This document shows, one piece after another, positions 57,063-64,000 of a stretch of 64,000 nt of DNA; position 1 is the stretch's first letter, and every line of letters begins with the position of its first letter. The stretch comes from Raillietiella orientalis (Eukaryota), in contig JAYWIR010000008.1 in assembly GCA_036172245.1 (NCBI GenBank), positions 868,001 to 932,000 on the forward strand. Direction: 5' to 3'. The notes under the pieces were generated by a model that ran no database searches, had not been told where the DNA came from, and saw only the letters and a program-made list of their open reading frames with translations. Position numbers and translations under genes: made by a program.

Positions 57063-58321
57063 TGTAGCATCTTCTACGGGGAATTCGAGTGGACCCGGCG
57101 GCCTGTTGGACGCTGCCGAAACTTTGGGGCCGCCTGCGAGAAAATGAAAAATCGATGGCACGGGGATTCATTAGTCTGGAGATCACGCGCGCAGCAAAAG
57201 TCGGTCATCTCGGCAGATGGAGACGCTTCGCGATCATGGGCGGGAGGAGAGGGGCGCAGGATCCACCTGAGGCTTGCGTGAGAGCCGCTGATCGTCTGGC
57301 ATCGCGCGTTCTCTAGTCCACAGGAACCCCCCCTTTCCCCTCCTTCCTCTGGCCGTTCGGGTGTTCCCCCGCCGCGACGCCGCATCGCACCGTCTCGACG
57401 TCGCCGCCGTCGGCCATCGGTTTCCGGGAACCCGGCCGAAGCCGTCATCCGGAACATCTTTCCCAGTCTACGGGGAGGAGGGGGTACCCGGGGAGACGGG
57501 ACGGAAAAAGAAAACCGCAGGGCGCTGCGGGAAGGTCTGGCACCCAAAGCTCGTCCGTTCGTTCTGTGGGGTCCCGGGAGGCCTCCAGTCGCCACTCCAA
57601 AAAAAATCGATGCGCCGCCACGGATCGAACGCGCGTCTTTCCGCCGTCCGGACAGCGAGGGTTCAAGGCGAGCCGAGCGGCGCGCCAGGAAGGGGGGTCG
57701 CCCGCACGAGCCACGCGCGCGACCTTCCTGTCTCTCCCCTCCGCCACAAAGCCGGTCCCGCCGAACCGAGGGGAAGCAAAAACACGGAAAAAAAAGAAAA
57801 AAAAGGAAACGTCTGGGACAGAATCGTCAACTTAAATCGCTTACTGCATTCGGGCGTTACCAGGACGAGATCAGATGACAACTTGCGAGATCTTTACGAT
57901 AGGGAGAACAGCTTCCGGCTCTGAATAGCGGCGGGAACGGGGGGGAGGGGGGGCGAGAGAACCTTTCTTGGATACAAAGGGAAGTCGCTATCAGCTTGCC
58001 GCCTAGCTTTCGGGACCCATCCCTCGGGGAGAGGAGAAACGCCGGGTCAATCGGGGAGCCCCCAGTCCGCGCACCGCAGCGTCTTCACTCACAGCTTCCA
58101 CCCTCCGCGCGGCACACAACTCATCGGGCGAGGAGCTCCTCTCACGTAGGCCTGAGGAGGCTCCGGCGCGCGTCGACGAATCGGAACGCGCCGCGTATGG
58201 CATTGTTGCGTGTCGAGAACCGAGGCCTAGGGCTCGCAAGGAACGCGTAAGGACCGCAAAAAAAAAAATAAAAAAAGAGGGAGGGAGAGAAAAGCCCGCG
58301 GACGGTGAGCGCTCTGCCTGC

Positions 58322-58878
58322 GAATTCCCGGGGAATTTCCTCTGTGACGGGCTCAGCGCCGGGAGTTCCCGGGAGTGCTCGCCCTCACGCACGGAGTGAG
58401 GTCGGCGCTAATGCCGCGGGGGAAGGGGGGACGGCAAACGGACGAAATGGCGCCTGGGAATTCCTGCCGCCCAAGGGACTGCCTGGGTCGGAAGACGCCC
58501 GGAGGCACCGCAGGACTGACTTTGGGAGATCCGCATTGCTCGAAGTCGATTCCTCAACATTCGGCAACCAGGAGCCGAAGAGGGTGGTTTCAAGCGTGGC
58601 GGCGGTGCGCGCTTCCCGGCCGGCGGCCCGGGGAGGCGACCAGCTGCGGGTGCACTGCAAGGTGGTCCAGTTTCAACACAACTCCAGCAAGAATTATGGA
58701 GCCATAGGGAATAAGTTCCAGCAGCTGCCGCGCTCGAATGGCGGGCGAGCGTCCAGCCTTGGCGCTCGCCCGCCATCTTGACTGCAATCGCGCGTCGCTC
58801 TTCCGTTACCCGCTCCATCACAGCGGGGCGAACGACGCGAGCGCGGGCGAGAAGACGCGAGCGGACCCGGAAATCCCC
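58322..58878. promoter_or_regulatory. Cluster of kappaB-type sites
   Basis: GGGAATTTCC (58331-58340), GGGAGTTCCC (58361-58370) and GGAAATCCCC (58869-58878; reverse complement GGGGATTTCC) match GGGRNWYYCC. One near-match at 58456. Confidence 0.45.
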
Positions 58879-60470
58879 AAGTTCGAAAGCCTCTCACGGA
58901 CTACTAGTCGGGCCGGGAGGGGCTGGCGCCGTTCGCCGCCAAGTGAACGCGGGCCGCCGCCGCCGGGCACGCCATCCTCCCTCCCCTGAAATCCGCTCTT
59001 CGCCTGCGGTGCGCTTCCGTCCGAGAGGATGCCGGCCGGACCTCTGCCCTCTTCGGCGAAAGCGGACGTAGCGAGAGTTTGGGTCCCGCAGCAGCAACTC
59101 TCACTCGTTTGTGTGCGTGTGTAGGGGGGGGGAGGGGGATTCTTACGCATCACACGCAGATTCCCGTTCCGACTGCACGGGAGCGTCGCAGTTCTCCGCG
59201 CGTACAAAAAAAAAAAAAAAAAAAGCTCAGAAAGACAATCCCGTCGTCCACTCTCGAATCGCGACCTACCGTCATGCGCAAGAACTATCATCAGGGAAAC
59301 CAACCCGGGTCTGGGACCGCCATTTGTTTTTTTTTTTCCCAACGAGAGAGTCGTGTTCTTCCCCCCTTTCCCCCTTCTCCCTTTCCGCTATTCGTAAGGA
59401 CATATTAGATATCCTGGAACACGGAAATACTGAGGAAAAAAGTTCAGTGGACCCATCCGAAGGGCGTGCCCGAGGCTTGCAGGTTCCGGGATTTGGGGGC
59501 AGGAAGGAGCCGGAGGCAGCAGAGAAGAACCGCGTGGCGTCCGTCCGGGTTTCTTCGCTCCGTGAACCGGAGTCACCGCCGTGACCCCTCCTATGCTCTG
59601 GCACCGCAGAAGTGGGGGTGGGGGGGGAAGCTCTTCCCCTGTTCCCGTGCAGGACGAGCACGAGAGGAAGGGGGAACCGTTTCTTCGTGCCTGCACGCGC
59701 TGCTGGCGGAACCGCGTGCGCAGCGTCGACACCGCGGAGGAGAGTCCTTCCTTGCCGAGGGCGCGCAAGAGCGCGCAGCCCTGATGTCCCTGTCTCCCTT
59801 GTTTCTCATGCGCACATTCAGGTCCTTCCTGATTTTGTCGTTTTTTCCCCTTCCCTCCTTCCTTTCTTTCTTTGTTTTCATTTTTGTTTTGTCTACTGCT
59901 GCTGATGCTGCTGATGCTGCTGCTGCTGCCCGCACACGCAAAGTTTCGCTGTTTTTTTCCCTTCCTTTCTTTTCTCCCCTGGGTTCGCGAACGGCGACGA
60001 ATGGAAAATTGTACGATTTTCCCTTCAAGTACTCGGGAATACACACATCAGCGTACACGCCCTGCCCCCTTGCTCTGCCATAAATTATCAGTGGCTCTGC
60101 ATGATTAGCGAAACGAATTAAGCAAAAAATAAAAAATAAAACCCTTTACGCTTGCATAGGCAAACCTTTCGCATCGACCAACAACGATTCCCGTATTTTT
60201 CCAGGCGCTAGAAGCTCAAAGCGCACAGACATCCCCATGGCGTTTCATCCTTCCCGCTGCTGAGACTCGATAAATGCTGCAAAATAATTAAGACAAGGCA
60301 TGGCCACCCCCCAGTTTGGCAAAACGTTCGCAAGTCCCTTCACCCATCCAGAAAACGGGGGCAAACGCATCCCGTGTTCCTCACCAAGCGTAATTTGCAA
60401 AATTTGGAGAAAAAGTGCTTCCACGATGGCTCCTTATGCAATAAGCGATGCGAAAACAATTAATCAATTT

Positions 60471-60528
60471 ATATATATATATATATGTATGTATATGTAT
60501 ATGTATATGTATGTATGTATGTATGTAT
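60471..60528. repeat. (AT)n/(ATGT)n microsatellite
   Basis: Directly visible. Confidence 0.95.
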
Positions 60529-62574
60529 AAATGAATGTAAATGATTCCAAACCACTGCCGGAAACTAGTCCGCGTAACCAGGAGCAACTGGAAAAAAAAA
60601 TAATTAGGGGTCACTTCTGTACGCCCTGCTTTCGGATGCATTGCACGCAAGTCATGGAGAATCCTCACGGAGCGGAGATCGCGTCCTCCTCGGTCGGTGA
60701 CTGCGCAAGAACGGATGAAAAAAGCAAGTTTTAGTGGAATAAAGTATATTCGAGAAGTGCTGCCATCTTCAAATAGCAATTTAGAAAATAAATCGATTAT
60801 CATTCCCAAAGTTGTGCACATCTTTTCAAGCATGAAGAGGGAAACGTGGTGTCCTCGATTACACTAAATCGTGATTGTTATTCGTGGTGTTTCCTAAATT
60901 TTCATCCCGAGTGAACGCATGTTTTTTTTTTTTTTTTTTTGGAAAAAAAAAAAGAAAAATGATTCAGTGCATCGATTAAGAATGTGAATTTTACGTCAGT
61001 GAGTTATCCAGCATCCATCCATGTGATTATCGGAGTTCGAATCGATGTTATGAAGAGAGGTATTTATTTGTTGCTTCATGATTAAAGGAAAATAAATACA
61101 CGAATCGCTCTCCACTTGCTTGCTCTTTACTTCCGACGGGGAAGTGCTATTAATTTTGTTACTGCTGATGCATTCCGCAGCATGGCCGCACGGAACAGTA
61201 ACCATGGCGATGTGTGTTCAGCGTGCCCGCAACACATATTTAATTTAATTAAAGCCGGTTTTAAAATAACTCGTAAAACCCCGAACGATGGGAGCTGATT
61301 GGTGGATTCTGCGGCATTGTTGCGAATTTCCGGCTGACGTCGTTTGATTTAGCCTTTTGTGACCGCGTCGGAAGTTTCGGTGTCGTATTTTTCCCTAGTT
61401 GAAGCCGAGCGTGCGGCCTGTGAGGGGTACGCATCTGTGCATACATTTTGAAAAACCGAAAAACGAAAAGAAAAAAAAAAAATGGAAGAACAGCAAGCAA
61501 AAAGCAAACAGTGCTCTGCATCTGATTCTGTGACTCCCCATCCATCATGCACTTGCTCGTCCACGGTTTGTGTGTTTGCGGAAAGAACCGGATCTCCTAT
61601 GCCTGCAGCTGTGCTCTCGTTAGAGAGTTCCTTTCCTTCGTGATTTTTCGCAAATACTCAATCATCCTGTTTTGAATGATGCTCATCATCTGCACGAGTA
61701 TTTGTCTTTTACCGTGGAATCCACGTACGTTCCGATCGCTGCATTTCACCCGGTTGCGGGGTACGTTTGCAGCATCCGATCCTCATTCATCCGCGTCGTA
61801 AGGTTTCAGCTGTTCCACTGTGAGGTGCCGTTAGCACGGCCTGGTCTTCCTCGTCGGGTGAGTCTTCTCTCTCTCTCTCTCTCTCTCTCTCTGGGGGGGG
61901 GACGGTGAGCCTTTCATTCTCTCTCTCCCCCATGGACGTGCCTTCCGCCCTGTGCATGTTCCGGTGGTTGGGGTGGGATTCCTTCCGCGCGTCGCCTTCG
62001 CACCCTCACCGGGTGCGCCGTTTTGTGTTTCTGGGAACCCTATTTGGTCTCGATGCTCCTCCATCGAAAGTTGGCTTGTGCTCTCGGGGACCGCCGTTGG
62101 TGGCCACATGTCAGGGAGAAGGGGGAGGGGAGCAAGATTTTTTTTCTTCCTTAGCTTTCGTCGGCGAGAGAGGGGGGGGGGACTCTAAGAGACGACGACG
62201 ACGAGGAGGAGACGACAGTGGCGATACATAACTCTTGCTAGGATTTCCATCTGCAAGAGGGAAAGCGGGTAGGGTGGGGTGCAGTGGCCGCGGTCTGGGC
62301 GAAAACAAACGGGATTCATGACGGCGAGTCCTGGCGGGGCGAATCCGCGCACGAAAGCCTCCTGCACGCCGTTGGGAGGGAAAGTCGCACGCGGTTCACG
62401 GGAGCAGCCGGCCTGGTGGAGCTTGGCCCCTGCGTGGCGATCCCCGACCGTCCATTGTCCAGCCACGAAGGAAACATTCCAGTCCACGTCAGGGTTCTTT
62501 CTCTTTCTCCCTTTTCCTTTTTTTTTTTTTTTTCATCTCCTCTTTTGTTTTTCTTTTCCTTTTCTTCCCTGCAG

Positions 62575-63981
62575 ATGGGACAGTGCATGCTCCTTTCCGC
62601 GTCCTTAACGGTGAGGAGGCAGCGGCGGGAGGAAGACGATTCCGGAGACTATCCGACATGCGTCGAAACAGAAGCAGCGAAAAAGAGAAGAGGAACGACG
62701 GCAGCAGCCACGGCGCAAGGACGGCGCGCGCGCGCACAGGGGGCAGAAGAGGGACCGCGGTCCCCAAGGTGACCGCATCGCGCCGAAGTTTAGTGGACTA
62801 AGTTTCCCGCGCTCTCGTTCGTTGGCTCTTTCCCCATGCCGTGTCCTCAGAAGAGTGGCAGCAAGTAGAGACGCATTTTTCCTTTTTTTTTGTTGCTCAA
62901 CCCCCGCCCTCGCAGCAGTTCGACGCCAGCGGTCCCTCGACTTCTTCCACGCGAGCATGATCGTGACAAATGACCGCCTAGGCATCTCCTAGGAGCGCGC
63001 CGTTGGTCTCCTGTGGACATCCCCTCCTTCGGTTCCTATGCAGACCGGGATGGACGGAGGGGGATCTCAGTTTTTCTCCTCTCCACGCCAAGCCTGTCAA
63101 CGTAGCGGGTAGCAGCAGGTCAGCGTAACGAGCTACGCGTCCTCGTCTTCCTTCCTGCAACCCCTCCTGCCGCCCCGTGTTCCTTTGCCGCATGATCAGG
63201 GTTCGCGCACGCGCCAATCGTTTCGCTTGGCCTCGGGCTCCGTCCGACCGAAGCAAGGGGCGTCCATCCTCCGACACAAGCGCTATGCTGGTTCGGACGG
63301 ACTGACGGAAGGGAGGAGCGACGGAGGGGAGAAACGACGTGGTGGTAGTGGTGGTGGTGAGGAGGAGGAGCCTCCCGTCTTTTTTTCTCTTTCTCTGCTT
63401 ATCTCTGTTCCTTCTCACCCGCTCCGAACGGATGGTTGCCTAGGCGACGAGGGAAGGAAAGAGTCCGCTCGCAAACCTTACTGCGAAGCGCCACGCTTCG
63501 CCGGTTGCAAAAAGATGCGGCGTTTTTTCCAGACAGAAGAGCGTTCGTGCAAACGCCGTTCCCACCGGATCGGAGACGGGGGGTAGGTCAGGGGGGGGGG
63601 GGGTGCTGTTTCACCGGGCGTTCTGCGAGCCAAAGTGCGCCGCATCGGGCGTATGGCGAGGAAACGGTGGCAACTCTCGACGGTTTATGGCGTTAGCGCG
63701 GTGGTTCGATAGCAGCGTGTCCGCCGATCACTAGCTAGCGGTGGCGGCGGAGGCAGGCAACTGGGTGATGCCAGCGGTCTCGCGAAGGAGTAGGAACCGT
63801 CGATGGAGCTGCTCGTATGCCTCCCCTCTCCCTCCTCCCGGGGGTGAGGGAGATCGCAGACTCGCTCCTCCTCTCTTGCTGATGTTTTCTCTGCCGCAGG
63901 TGAATCGGGTCCAGTCGCAAGGGAACGGCCGCTCCCTCCGAGAGGACGACGACGAGGGCGGCGCAGGAGTGCGTCGCCATG
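62575..63981 (+). other. Probable 5' exons of an unidentified plus-strand gene continuing beyond the window
   Basis: A long polypyrimidine tract plus CAG precedes 62575, with donor GTGAGG at 62611. Acceptor TTTTCTCTGCCGCAG precedes 63900, and that exon ends in GTCGCCATG followed by donor GTGAGA at 63982. An upstream donor GTGAGT lies at 61858. Confidence 0.5.
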
Positions 63982-64000
63982 GTGAGATGTTCGTCCTTCT

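Overview
Animal genomic DNA, most likely an arthropod (the aristaless homeodomain is followed by VGPQSHPY as in insects). The window has three sharply different compartments. (1) About 1-23.8 kb is GC/CpG-rich and holds a compact two-exon aristaless/Arx homeobox gene (minus strand) plus about 20 kb of upstream non-coding DNA. That DNA includes TAAT-rich islands, a 58-bp tandem repeat dense in TF motifs and an 84-bp inverted duplication. (2) About 23.9-50.9 kb is AT-rich and CpG-poor and holds housekeeping genes: a divergent RNASEH2B (mostly missed by the ORF track), Gemin7, MCM7, TMEM256 and AMBRA1, plus decayed non-LTR reverse-transcriptase fragments. (3) About 51-64 kb returns to GC/CpG-rich sequence with CRE, E-box/CLEAR and kappaB motifs and the probable 5' exons of a plus-strand gene that runs out of the window. 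Many introns are only 39-57 nt. RNASEH2B and AMBRA1 both appear to lack the motif-bearing C-terminal tails of their vertebrate orthologues. Most long ORFs in the GC-rich parts are compositional artefacts. Gene models were spliced by hand and homologies are from recalled sequences, not database searches. I found no convincing wholly new biological system.
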